The position numbers were made by a program, and so were the translations under genes. Shown one piece after another: positions 21,987 to 31,475 of a stretch of 64,000 nt of DNA (position 1 is the first letter of the stretch; each line of letters opens with the position of its first letter). This stretch comes from a virus, in IMG/VR virus record IMGVR_UViG_3300033153_008400, positions 58,744-122,743 of that record. One strand, given 5' to 3'. The notes under the pieces were generated by a model that saw only the letters and a program-made list of their open reading frames with translations, ran no database searches and had not been told where the DNA came from.

Positions 21987-23813
21987 ATGGCACAACGAAG
22001 TTTTTTAGTAGATATAAATCTAAATCAGAATCAATTAGTATTACCAAGAATACATAACTTGGCAAGTGCTCCAGGAACACCAGTTTCAGGGCAATTGTAT
22101 TATGATACAGGAGATGATAATCTTTATGTATGGGATACTGTAGGATGGGTAGATCTTACTAATCAAGGAGCAGGAGCTGCAAATCTATCCTTAGGTACAG
22201 TAACTGCAACCACTATGAATGTAGACTCTGATACAGGTACAAATGCTACACTTGTTGCAGCAAATACGACAGAGGCAGGGTTATTAAGTGCTGCTAAATG
22301 GAACGAGATTGTAGCTAATAGTTTAAAAGATACAAATGTTTCTACAAACTTAAGTTTAGGTACAGTAACAGCAACTACCATGGATGTTAATTCCTCTGAT
22401 GGTACTAATGCTACTTTAGTAGCAGCGAATACCACAGAAGCAGGACTATTGAGTGCTGCTAAGTGGAATGAAATTGTAGCAAATTCTTTAAAGGATACAA
22501 ATGTTTCTACAGATTTAGGGTATACATCTAGTTCAACAGATGGTACTGTAACAAGTTCAGATGGAACAGATGCTACTTTAATTTTAGCAACACCAGTAGC
22601 AGGCACTAATTTAGCTGGTCTCATGTCTCCTGGTGATAAAACAAAACTTGATGGTATCACAGCAGGTGCAGAACCAGGTACCGTAACCAGTATTGGTGTC
22701 TCGGGAACTGATTTCGATATTACAAGTTCTCCTGTTACAACTTCAGGAACTATAGGACTAACTATAAAAGCTGATGCAGTCACAAATGCTAAATTAGCTA
22801 ATATGGCTGCTAATACTGTCAAGCTCAATGCTACAGGAGGTGCAGCAAATCCAACAGACTTTGCTCTTACTACTAATACCGTATTAGGTAGAATTGCTAG
22901 TAATATTGTAGCTATAGTTATTGATAATGATTTAACTGCAGTAAGTGGTTCACACGATACATTAGCTTCAGCATTATCTATTAAGACTTATGCTGATAAT
23001 CTTTTAGGCGCCAATGATGCAATGATCTTCAAAGGAACTGTTGGCTCAGGAGGGACTCATGAGATCGCAGCTTTTAATGCCTTAGATACTTATGATATAG
23101 GATGGGCTTATAAAGTAATTACAGCAGGTACCATAAAAGGTATAATTTCCGAAGTAGGTGATATGTTTATTTCTACAGTAGATAGAACAGGTGGTTCTGG
23201 TGTTGATGCTGACTGGGTAGTTCTTCAGACTAATTTAGATGGAGTTGTAATAGGACCTGCATCTGCAGTTGCTGATAATGTTGTTTTCTTTGATGGAACA
23301 TCAGGTAAACTTATTAAAGATAGTGGTGTAACCTTATCAGGATCAAATACTGGGGATAACCCAGGTGTTACTTCTGTAACAGGAACTGCTAGTAGAATTT
23401 CATCAACAGGAGGAACAACCCCTGTAATAGATATTGATGCTGCTTATGTAGGACAAACCAGTATTACTACTTTAGGTACAATTGGAACTGGTACATGGAC
23501 TGGTAGTGTAATTGCAGAGGCCTATTTAGAAAATCAGAGTGGTACCAATACAGGTGACCAGTCATTAGCTAGTTTAGGAGCAACAGGAAAATATGCAGCT
23601 TCATTTGGTAATGGTGCTTTGACAACATTTACTATTTCAGAAGCTACACACGGACTAGGAACTGATGGAGATTATATAGTTCAGGCGAGATTATTATCGA
23701 CAGAGGAAGTAGAAGAAGTACAAGTTAGTATTAATACTAGTACAGGATTAATAACAATAGATACTAATTCAGCTCCAGCTTCAAATGATTTGAGAATAAT
23801 AGTAATTGGATAA
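21987..23813 (+). CDS. Tail fibre-like protein
   Basis: G/T/S/A-rich; fibre-type motifs AGLMS..DKTKLDGI, GTVTSI and AVT.AKLA; internal tandem repeat. Confidence 0.75.
   Translation: MAQRSFLVDINLNQNQLVLPRIHNLASAPGTPVSGQLYYDTGDDNLYVWDTVGWVDLTNQGAGAANLSLGTVTATTMNVDSDTGTNATLVAANTTEAGLLSAAKWNEIVANSLKDTNVSTNLSLGTVTATTMDVNSSDGTNATLVAANTTEAGLLSAAKWNEIVANSLKDTNVSTDLGYTSSSTDGTVTSSDGTDATLILATPVAGTNLAGLMSPGDKTKLDGITAGAEPGTVTSIGVSGTDFDITSSPVTTSGTIGLTIKADAVTNAKLANMAANTVKLNATGGAANPTDFALTTNTVLGRIASNIVAIVIDNDLTAVSGSHDTLASALSIKTYADNLLGANDAMIFKGTVGSGGTHEIAAFNALDTYDIGWAYKVITAGTIKGIISEVGDMFISTVDRTGGSGVDADWVVLQTNLDGVVIGPASAVADNVVFFDGTSGKLIKDSGVTLSGSNTGDNPGVTSVTGTASRISSTGGTTPVIDIDAAYVGQTSITTLGTIGTGTWTGSVIAEAYLENQSGTNTGDQSLASLGATGKYAASFGNGALTTFTISEATHGLGTDGDYIVQARLLSTEEVEEVQVSINTSTGLITIDTNSAPASNDLRIIVIG
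22182..22511 (+). repeat. Tandem 165-bp (55-aa) duplication in the fibre gene
   Basis: NLSLGTVTATTM...KWNEIVANSLKDTNVST occurs twice (22182 and 22347), near-identical in protein with many synonymous differences. Confidence 0.95.
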
Positions 23814-23822
23814 TATTAACCT

Positions 23823-24890
23823 ATGGCAGCGAAGAAATTTTTAGTAGACATAGATCTAAATGGTAATGTTATAATTGATGGAGATACTACTTTAGGATTT
23901 GTAACTCCTATTGCAGTGACAACCCTTAATTTACCTGCTAAGACAGTTGGTACATATACACTTGCTACTTTAGCAGACATTCCTACAACTATAGTTGGTA
24001 TAACTGGAACTAAGACTGAGTTTGACACGGCTGTTACAGATAGTGATTTTGTGTGGGCAGAAGATAATGAACCCATAACTGGACTTTGGAATTTTAAAAA
24101 TAATGGGGCAGGTGGATTTACCGATTATGATATTTCAATAGGTGATACAGATGTATCACCTACCTATGGTATGGCAAGATTTGGTTCTGCTACTATTGGA
24201 AGAACAAGTAGAAATACTGCAAATCTTGATTTAGATGGAACAGTAGTGATTATAAATAATGATACTCCTGCAACAAGTAATATCTTATTTGCTATGTTGG
24301 ATGGTAGTAATTCACTTCGATTTGCTTTACCAAAAAGTGCAGTAGGTAATGCAACCTACAATCCACGTTCTATGCTTTTAGCTGGGCCAGTGGTTAATGA
24401 TGATACAGTAGTTACAGTAGGATATTGGCAAGGTCAAGGAATATTTCATAATCTTGCTTGTGATACTGGAACAGATGGTGCTGATTTAGGTGTTCAGAAT
24501 GATTTAGAAGTTGAGGGAAATATATTTATAGATTCCATAAAAGAAAGTACAATAGATACTGGTGTAACAATTGATGGTTTATTAATCAAAGATGGTGGAA
24601 TACCTGAAGCAGCAGTAACTACTCATGAAACTGCATTGTCAATAGCATGGAGTCAGATAACAGGGGAGCCTACTACATTTAGTGGATATGGTATTAGTGA
24701 TACGATGGCTAATTTAGACTCAGCAATATCTGATGGTGATGTAGCTTATCAAGATCAAACATTAGTAGTGGGAGATCATGGAACAGCATCTGTAGATCAA
24801 GTAGTAAATGTTTGTTATGGTACAAGCTCAACCCCTCCAACAGCAAGTGGAACAACAGAAGGGACATTATATATTCAATATACTGCATAA
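23823..24890 (+). CDS. Tail fibre/structural protein
   Basis: N-terminus (KFLVDIDLN) resembles that of the preceding fibre (SFLVDINLN); G/T/D-rich; ends GTLYIQY. Confidence 0.6.
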   Translation: MAAKKFLVDIDLNGNVIIDGDTTLGFVTPIAVTTLNLPAKTVGTYTLATLADIPTTIVGITGTKTEFDTAVTDSDFVWAEDNEPITGLWNFKNNGAGGFTDYDISIGDTDVSPTYGMARFGSATIGRTSRNTANLDLDGTVVIINNDTPATSNILFAMLDGSNSLRFALPKSAVGNATYNPRSMLLAGPVVNDDTVVTVGYWQGQGIFHNLACDTGTDGADLGVQNDLEVEGNIFIDSIKESTIDTGVTIDGLLIKDGGIPEAAVTTHETALSIAWSQITGEPTTFSGYGISDTMANLDSAISDGDVAYQDQTLVVGDHGTASVDQVVNVCYGTSSTPPTASGTTEGTLYIQYTA

Positions 24891-24910
24891 TAATTTTAAA
24901 ACTAAACAAT

Positions 24911-25342
24911 ATGGCAATATTAAATTTAGATGATTGGGCTGATATTATACAAGCAAGTCCAATATTAAATATCCAGCAATGTAATGACCTTAGAGAATCT
25001 GTTCATGCAGGAGTATTTGATGATACAAAAATGATTAAAATTTTTCAATATTCAGGATCTATTGATTTTATAAATAGTCATTCAGATTTATGGAAGATTA
25101 CTAAAAATTTTATAAAAAATTATATGTTTGATGATAATCCAACTCCTGAAGAAGAGGAAGATCCAAACTACATATATGATGTTATTACAAAGAAAAAAGG
25201 AGATTTTTTAGAAAGAGAAATTGATAAAATAAATGAATTTCCTATACAATTAAGAAATGAAATATTAATTGAAATAGGTGAACAAATGGGAGGTAACCTA
25301 TCTACAAAATTACAAACAGCAATAGACTTACTTAATAGTTAG
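24911..25342 (+). CDS. Hypothetical protein (ATG at 24911 preferred)
   Basis: Acidic ORF filling the gap between structural genes; start follows an AT-rich leader. Confidence 0.55.
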   Translation: MAILNLDDWADIIQASPILNIQQCNDLRESVHAGVFDDTKMIKIFQYSGSIDFINSHSDLWKITKNFIKNYMFDDNPTPEEEEDPNYIYDVITKKKGDFLEREIDKINEFPIQLRNEILIEIGEQMGGNLSTKLQTAIDLLNS

Positions 25343-25345
25343 AAA

Positions 25346-28300
25346 ATGGCATATCCAGTATATCAAAGTAATGGTGGAATAGGAACAGGAACAGCTTATG
25401 AAGTAGTTGTTGATTATCCTTCTACTGTAAATGCAGATGATATACTTATTGCTTGTATCATGGATGCTGATAATGATACGTTTGATACACCTTTCGGATG
25501 GACTAAAATATATGAAGATGGTACAGTTAATAACTGTTCAGTAGCTTTTTATTGGAAACGAGCTGACGGAACAGAAACAGGTTCAGTTACTTTTACGTCT
25601 TTACTTAATGCAGGTTCTTTAGTAGCGGGTATTATGTATCGTTATTCAGGTTGCATTAAAACTGGTGTTCCATTTGAAGAAAAAGCACAGTATGCTGTTA
25701 CACAAGCTACATCACAAGTTATTGGTTGGGGAGCTATGTTTCCTGCTAATGGTACAGATAGACTTGCAGTAGCTTTTAATATTGTTGAGGATAATACCAT
25801 ATCTGGGTTTTCAGGTACAGGATGGACAGAAGATAGCAGATTATCTACATCAGTAGGTGGTGATGCTCATTTTGCAGCCGCTTCTGAAGAATTTACTACT
25901 TATGGTAGTGTTGCTACATGGACTTCAGGAAATGAATATAATGGAGGTTTAGGATTATATCTACTTCCTGAACCTGAAATAGATGTTACTTTAAATACAG
26001 CAGATGCATATGATTTTGAAGAAGATACTACTCCTACATTAGAATTTACAGGTGATGCAGTAAGTAATGAAGATTTAGAATATGAAATACAAATTGATAC
26101 TGTTAATACTTTTAATTCAGATGAACGAAATGATGATGGTTATTCTGAAAGTAATTACGATACTGATGCTCCTATTGGCGATTTTACAACAAATAAAGGA
26201 ATAGCTCAAAGTTTTACAGCTCAATCAAGTTCTATCCTTAAATCATTAGATGTTTATCTTAAAAAGATAAGTGCTCCAACAGGAAATGCAGTAGCTAAAC
26301 TTTATTATCATGGAGGTAATTATGGTAGTATTACACTCTCAGCTCCAATAGGAGATGTATTAGCTATTTCTGATACCTTTGATGTCTCAACATTAACAAC
26401 ATCTTATGAAACTGTTACTTTTAATTTTCCTACTTTTTTTGAATTAGAAGAAGGAACTTATTATTTTATTTCTATTGAATATACTGGTGATAGTTCTAAT
26501 TATTTAGAAGCTAAAATAGATACATCTTCTCCAACTCATAGTGGAGTTATAGCTGCATTAAATAGTTCTAATGAATGGTATGGAACAGGTTTTGATTATG
26601 ATTTATGTTTTCAATTAAAAGTAAGTATTCCTTTAATCCAAGCATTATCAGAAGTACCAGATGCAGGGTTTTTGAATACAACAGATAATTGGGAAGCTAC
26701 TACATATTACTTCGATGGTTCAGATGCAGCAGCAGTAGATAGTGGTACAGATTGGGTTGATGTTACTAATTCTGATGATGGTTCTATTTCTACTTATGCT
26801 TATATACCATCAGGAACTTCTATTCTAAAAATAGAGGGAACTAATGCACCTGCAAGTGGTAATACCATTACTCTTGTAAGAACAAGAATATATTATGATG
26901 ATGATGATAATGATACTCCTCATTGGAGTTCTTATTATAATTTATCAATCCCTTCAGGTGGTTGGACATGGGCTAAAGTTCAAGCATTAGAATCTTCTTA
27001 TCTTGTAGGAGGAGGGATATGTACTTTTACTGTTGATACAAATGGAGATGCCGAAGAACTTTTATTTGAAACTTTCAGTTCTTATGATTTTAGAGTTTAC
27101 AAAGTAGAAATAGAAGTAATCACAGGAGATTGGCATCCATTTGATGACAATGAAAAGGTAAGTTATACGGTACAACCAATTGTTCCAAGTATTATAGAAA
27201 CATTTTATTTTGATGGTAGTGATTTACCAGCAGAAGACCAAGGTAGTGATTGGGTTAATGTTACTAATCTTGATGATGGTAGTATATCTACTTACATGTA
27301 CACTACTTCTTTACTTTCATCAGCTATATGGTGTGATGGTACAAATGCACCATCTTCAGGAAGTGCCATTGTAAAAGTACGAACAAGAATTTATGTAGAA
27401 AATGGACAAGGTAATCCTCTTTTATGGGATATTTGGGACGAAACTTCAACTGAATTATTAACTTATGAAGATTACCCTATTGATTTTTCTTTAGGATGGA
27501 CAGATTATGTGAATGTATTGGCTCCTATAGGTGGATGGACATGGGCTGGTGTACAAGGACTTTCATTAGCTATATCCTCAGGATCAGGAAGTGCAGGGCA
27601 AGTTGATGTCTATAAAATGGAAATAGAAGTTACTTCATTAGGTCCTTTACCTGCACCAACAGGAACAGATGTTTACTATTGGAGAGCAAGGGCTAAAAAC
27701 CCAACAGGAATTAATATTTGGGATGATTGGAGTTTCTTAGCTACTCCTATAACTACATATTATTTCGATGGGAGTGATGCAGGTGCAGTAGATACGGATG
27801 CTGTTTGGACAGACGAAACGAACACAGACGATGGTTCTACATCTACCTATGGTTATACCACAACATTAGGTTCAGAAACTACAAATGAAGTTATAATAGA
27901 AGGAACAAATGCTCCTGCAAGTGGAGCAGATATTTTTTCTGTTAGAGCAAGATATTATGCTAATTTTTCAGGGGGTGATGGTTGGTCTGATTATGTAGAA
28001 TTATCTATTCCTTCGGGCGGTTGGACATGGGCTAAACTACAAGCTCTTGAAGCTATTACTTATTATACACAACAAATTGGAGAATATGGAGCTTTATCTA
28101 TATACACAAATGGATTAGGAGAAAGATTACTTCAAGTAATAGCTCATAACGAAATTGCCACAACTCAATATAATCTTTATAAAATAGAACTTGAAGTAAC
28201 CCCTTACAAAACTTTTGAACTTACAGAAGCAACAGGTACTACTACGACTACCACAACAGTAGGAGGAGGAATTAATATAAAAGTAAACATAGGAGATGAT

Positions 28301-28402
28301 TGGAAAGAAGCAACAGCTATGAAAATAAACATAGGGGATGATTGGAAGGAAGTGATAACTGTAAAACAAAATATAGGAGGAATTTGGAAAACAGTTTTTT
28401 AA
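25346..28402 (+). CDS. Multidomain virion surface/receptor-binding protein (1018 aa)
   Basis: Beta-rich and acidic; FN3-like motifs (LEYEIQID, YYWRARA); three ~150-aa repeats; T7 linker; C-terminal K.NIG..WK triple repeat. Confidence 0.7.
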   Translation: MAYPVYQSNGGIGTGTAYEVVVDYPSTVNADDILIACIMDADNDTFDTPFGWTKIYEDGTVNNCSVAFYWKRADGTETGSVTFTSLLNAGSLVAGIMYRYSGCIKTGVPFEEKAQYAVTQATSQVIGWGAMFPANGTDRLAVAFNIVEDNTISGFSGTGWTEDSRLSTSVGGDAHFAAASEEFTTYGSVATWTSGNEYNGGLGLYLLPEPEIDVTLNTADAYDFEEDTTPTLEFTGDAVSNEDLEYEIQIDTVNTFNSDERNDDGYSESNYDTDAPIGDFTTNKGIAQSFTAQSSSILKSLDVYLKKISAPTGNAVAKLYYHGGNYGSITLSAPIGDVLAISDTFDVSTLTTSYETVTFNFPTFFELEEGTYYFISIEYTGDSSNYLEAKIDTSSPTHSGVIAALNSSNEWYGTGFDYDLCFQLKVSIPLIQALSEVPDAGFLNTTDNWEATTYYFDGSDAAAVDSGTDWVDVTNSDDGSISTYAYIPSGTSILKIEGTNAPASGNTITLVRTRIYYDDDDNDTPHWSSYYNLSIPSGGWTWAKVQALESSYLVGGGICTFTVDTNGDAEELLFETFSSYDFRVYKVEIEVITGDWHPFDDNEKVSYTVQPIVPSIIETFYFDGSDLPAEDQGSDWVNVTNLDDGSISTYMYTTSLLSSAIWCDGTNAPSSGSAIVKVRTRIYVENGQGNPLLWDIWDETSTELLTYEDYPIDFSLGWTDYVNVLAPIGGWTWAGVQGLSLAISSGSGSAGQVDVYKMEIEVTSLGPLPAPTGTDVYYWRARAKNPTGINIWDDWSFLATPITTYYFDGSDAGAVDTDAVWTDETNTDDGSTSTYGYTTTLGSETTNEVIIEGTNAPASGADIFSVRARYYANFSGGDGWSDYVELSIPSGGWTWAKLQALEAITYYTQQIGEYGALSIYTNGLGERLLQVIAHNEIATTQYNLYKIELEVTPYKTFELTEATGTTTTTTTVGGGINIKVNIGDDWKEATAMKINIGDDWKEVITVKQNIGGIWKTVF
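26699..28200 (+). repeat. Three dispersed ~150-aa domain repeats
   Basis: YFDGSD...W...TN.DDGS.STY...GTNAP.SG...GGWTWA..Q.L...YK.E.EV starting near 26700, 27200 and 27750. Confidence 0.9.
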
Positions 28403-28406
28403 TAAT

Positions 28407-28414
28407 TAAATTCG
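28407..28414 (+). promoter_or_regulatory. Possible Bacteroidetes -7 box variant upstream of the lysis cassette
   Basis: TAAATTCG, one mismatch to TAnnTTTG. Confidence 0.35.
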
Positions 28415-28433
28415 TATTGTGAAACAAAAGGAA

Positions 28434-28712
28434 ATGATAATAGAAAAAGAAGTAAAACCTCTTATTGACTATTTGGTAGACAGACTTGTAAGTAGAAAAT
28501 TCATTGCTGCATGTGTAGCCACATGGTTAGTTTGGAATGATAAAATTGATGGTAATGCATGGACTATTTTTATGGCTTGGTATATTTCAACATTAGTGTT
28601 CTTAAAAATATTACCATTTTTTGCTAAAAAGCAAGAACGAAACTTTAAGCATTTTAGATTTAAAAAAGATGATAATGCTATTGATACAAAACACATACCA
28701 GAAAAGGATTAA
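28434..28712 (+). CDS. Putative holin
   Basis: SRKF followed by two hydrophobic segments and a basic C-terminus; lies upstream of the endolysin. Alternative GTG start at 28419. Confidence 0.55.
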   Translation: MIIEKEVKPLIDYLVDRLVSRKFIAACVATWLVWNDKIDGNAWTIFMAWYISTLVFLKILPFFAKKQERNFKHFRFKKDDNAIDTKHIPEKD

Positions 28713-28728
28713 CGAAATACTACACGCA

Positions 28729-28977
28729 ATGACACAGACATTAAACAAAGTTACGTTTGGACATCTTCTCACTATTTTAGCAATAATTCTAATACCATTA
28801 CTTGTTTGGGGAGTTTCAATAGAGAATAGATTTGAACAGGTAATTGACAATACAGAAGATATTAAAGATCTTGAAAAAGAAGATAAATCTTTAGAAGATA
28901 CTATAGATACAAATCATATTGAAATAATGAAAGTATTACTTGAAATTCAAATAGAACAAGCAAAAGCACATAAATAA
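28729..28977 (+). CDS. Small membrane-anchored coiled-coil protein (lysis accessory?)
   Basis: N-terminal transmembrane segment (LLTILAIILIPLLVWGV) then an acidic coiled coil. Confidence 0.5.
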   Translation: MTQTLNKVTFGHLLTILAIILIPLLVWGVSIENRFEQVIDNTEDIKDLEKEDKSLEDTIDTNHIEIMKVLLEIQIEQAKAHK

Positions 28978-29420
28978 TGGTACCTATAATTAAAATAGAA
29001 AGAATGTGGCAAAATGTTAATGAAACATTTGGAACTTGTACAGTTATAGGAAACGAGAACATGCCTTTATTTTCATCATTATGTGTTGAAAGAGGTTGGA
29101 GAAATAATAAAAAAAGTGTCAGTTGTATCCCTAAAGATTCTGGACCATATGAAGTTGTATGGGAATATTCTAATAAATTTAAAAGAATGTTATGGGAAAT
29201 TAAAGGAGTCCCTAATAGAAGTGAGACCAAGTTTCATGTTTCAAATTACTGGCACGATCTAAATGGTTGTATTTCCCTTGGGAGACGACCTAAGGATATT
29301 GATAAAGATGGTTATATGGATGTGACTTCATCTACTGATACTATTAATGATTTTCATAGAGCTTTGAAACATTTTGACAAAGCTATACTAGTAATAGTAG
29401 GTAAACAAAATATATCATAA
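28977..29420 (+). CDS. DUF5675-family putative endolysin (L,D-peptidase-like)
   Basis: TFG...ER.W.NN...SCIP...GVPNRS...FH..N...D..GCI.LG pattern with a His/Cys pair. Confidence 0.75.
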   Translation: MVPIIKIERMWQNVNETFGTCTVIGNENMPLFSSLCVERGWRNNKKSVSCIPKDSGPYEVVWEYSNKFKRMLWEIKGVPNRSETKFHVSNYWHDLNGCISLGRRPKDIDKDGYMDVTSSTDTINDFHRALKHFDKAILVIVGKQNIS

Positions 29421-29806
29421 TGATAGAAAATTTAAAAAAATACAAATGGGTATACACTGTTTTAGTTATTATAATTGGAGGTGCTACATGGATCTATACT
29501 CAAGGTGGAATTGATTACGATAAAGAAAGTAGATTATTTACTACTCCTGAAAAAAGAATTGAAACTGAAACTTATTTTGAACAACGACCTTCTCCAGTAC
29601 AAGAAATGCGACAACTTATTTTAGATAGTGTTGCAGCTAGAGAAGTGATTAAAAATTCTAAAGATGCTACACGTTCAAGAGCTAAACGAGATTCTTTATA
29701 TAAAGAAGAACGTAAAGCTAGGCAGATAACTGATTCTATAAATAAGTTAAATGCAGATCAGATGTATCAGATCAAGGAAGAACTCAAAAGAATTAAACAA
29801 GAATGA
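29420..29806 (+). CDS. Membrane-anchored coiled-coil protein (spanin-like/lysis accessory)
   Basis: N-terminal transmembrane segment and charged helical remainder; follows the endolysin. Confidence 0.5.
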   Translation: MIENLKKYKWVYTVLVIIIGGATWIYTQGGIDYDKESRLFTTPEKRIETETYFEQRPSPVQEMRQLILDSVAAREVIKNSKDATRSRAKRDSLYKEERKARQITDSINKLNADQMYQIKEELKRIKQE

Positions 29807-30366
29807 AAAATCTACTAATTATATTCATATCAGTATTTCTTATAGGATGTTTAGGTTCTAAAACAGTCAGTGAATCTACCATTAAAACAAAAGAAGTTGA
29901 TAAATCTGAAAAGGTAAAAGATTCTATTTCTACCAAAGATACCAATAAAGCAATTGATGATAAGATTGTTACACCAGTACCAAAAACTGGTAATGCTGAG
30001 ATGGATGCAAGATTTGATGCATTATTATCAGCTATGAATACATCTAAAACTTCAGGAGATAACTCTTATAAGCGTTATTATGACGAAAATACACGACAAC
30101 TCATAGAAGAATTTAAAATAGGTGAGACCACTTCTGAGAAGATTGATGTTAATGAGAGTGAAAAAGTTGAAAAAACCTTTGAAGAGCAACAAAATGAATA
30201 CTTTAAAAAGAAAATAACAACAATGCCCTGGTACCTATGGGTTGCATTATTTGTATTCTTATGGCCTACTATATGGAAGTTCTTGAAGCCAATTATACAA
30301 GTAGCTACAGGACCAGCTAATATAGTAACAGGAGTGACTAATCTTATAAAACCAAAAGATAAATAA
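29803..30366 (+). CDS. Lipoprotein with a C-terminal transmembrane segment (unimolecular-spanin-like)
   Basis: Lipobox FLIG|C and C-terminal PWYLWVALFVFLWP. Confidence 0.6.
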   Translation: MKNLLIIFISVFLIGCLGSKTVSESTIKTKEVDKSEKVKDSISTKDTNKAIDDKIVTPVPKTGNAEMDARFDALLSAMNTSKTSGDNSYKRYYDENTRQLIEEFKIGETTSEKIDVNESEKVEKTFEEQQNEYFKKKITTMPWYLWVALFVFLWPTIWKFLKPIIQVATGPANIVTGVTNLIKPKDK

Positions 30367-30373
30367 AATATTT

Positions 30374-30390
30374 TGTTACCTTTGGTAACA
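30374..30390 (+). promoter_or_regulatory. Bacteroidetes -7 promoter box inside a 7-bp inverted repeat
   Basis: TACCTTTG (30377-30384) lies within TGTTACC-TTT-GGTAACA, about 27 bp before the glycosyltransferase ATG. Confidence 0.65.
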
Positions 30391-30411
30391 CACACAATAA
30401 ATTAACTACAT

Positions 30412-31458
30412 ATGAAGAACGTAAAGTTTATTACTGCATGTCCTGATGATAACTATTATACATGGCAAGTCCATTTATGGTTAGAATCTTTGAAAGACTT
30501 AGATAAATCCAAAGATGCAATCGTTTTAATCTACAGACCATTGGTTAGGGAACCAAATACAAAATGGAAGAAAATTGAAGAGCTTTATCCTGAAGCAGAG
30601 TTCAATTATATTGTAGAACGTGTAGGAGAGAACATGAATACGTTGATCGGCATCTATATTCCAATTATAAGAACGTATAGTATGTGGCGTTACTTGAAAG
30701 AGAATCCCTCCCTGGGGTTAGATAATGTATTGTTCTTTTGTGATTCAGATATTTTGTTCACGAAAGATTTCAATATAGATAAATTTTTAGAAGAGGATGA
30801 TGATGTCAATTATGTATCAGATTCTGTAAGCTATATGGGAGCAGTATACTTTGACAACAAGATCAGTGAAGTACTTCCTGAGAAGAAAGAAGAATTCAAG
30901 ACTCGGGATGTTTTAGCAGAGTTGTTAAGTATCATAGGAGTTGAAAGAGAAGTTGCAGATAGAAATCAAGAACATAGTGGAGGAGTACAATATATTTTAA
31001 AGAATTCTACTCCTGATTTTTGGCAAAAGGTAATGAATGATGCTATTTTGATTAGGACGTATATGCAAAAGGTAAACAGAGAGTTTTTTCCTACTCAAGA
31101 TTTAGGATATCAAAGTTGGTGTGCTGATATGTGGTCAATTTTATGGAATTTATGGTTTGGTAACCTTGAAGTAAAAGTTGTTCCTGAATTAGATTTTAGT
31201 TGGGCATCTTGTAAGATAGACCAATTAGATAAGAAAACGATTTTTCATAATGCAGGAATTACAGGAGAGAGTATGCCACACGATGGAGGTGGAACTCATT
31301 TATGTTTTTATAAAGGAAAGTACCACAGAGGTTCTGACCCAACTAAAGATCCTGTATTAGATCAAATTATAAATAGTGAAGATTCTCAAAAATTTTGTAC
31401 TTGGTTTTATGCCAAGAAGGTAAAAGAAATTGGAGAAAAATATAAAATAGATTATTAA
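30412..31458 (+). CDS. GT-A glycosyltransferase resembling HPAT/SGT1 (GT95/GT96) peptidyl O-glycosyltransferases
   Basis: YYTWQ, YIPIIRTY..WRYL, FCDSDI (DxD), GGVQY, WCADMWS and IFH occur in the same order as HPAT/SGT1 motifs (Y..WQ, Y...NRP...WL, EPDH/DAD, W..EMY), recalled from memory. Confidence 0.7.
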   Translation: MKNVKFITACPDDNYYTWQVHLWLESLKDLDKSKDAIVLIYRPLVREPNTKWKKIEELYPEAEFNYIVERVGENMNTLIGIYIPIIRTYSMWRYLKENPSLGLDNVLFFCDSDILFTKDFNIDKFLEEDDDVNYVSDSVSYMGAVYFDNKISEVLPEKKEEFKTRDVLAELLSIIGVEREVADRNQEHSGGVQYILKNSTPDFWQKVMNDAILIRTYMQKVNREFFPTQDLGYQSWCADMWSILWNLWFGNLEVKVVPELDFSWASCKIDQLDKKTIFHNAGITGESMPHDGGGTHLCFYKGKYHRGSDPTKDPVLDQIINSEDSQKFCTWFYAKKVKEIGEKYKIDY

Positions 31459-31475
31459 CATTAAATACAATTATC

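Noticed and set aside
22163-22828. 221-aa antisense ORF inside the fibre gene, and similar short antisense ORFs in the giant gene
   Set aside because: In-register shadows of codon bias, with no independent motifs.
26699-28200. Diversity-generating retroelement template/variable repeats
   Set aside because: The repeats are in-frame protein domains with broad divergence rather than adenine-specific changes, and no reverse transcriptase is present in the window.
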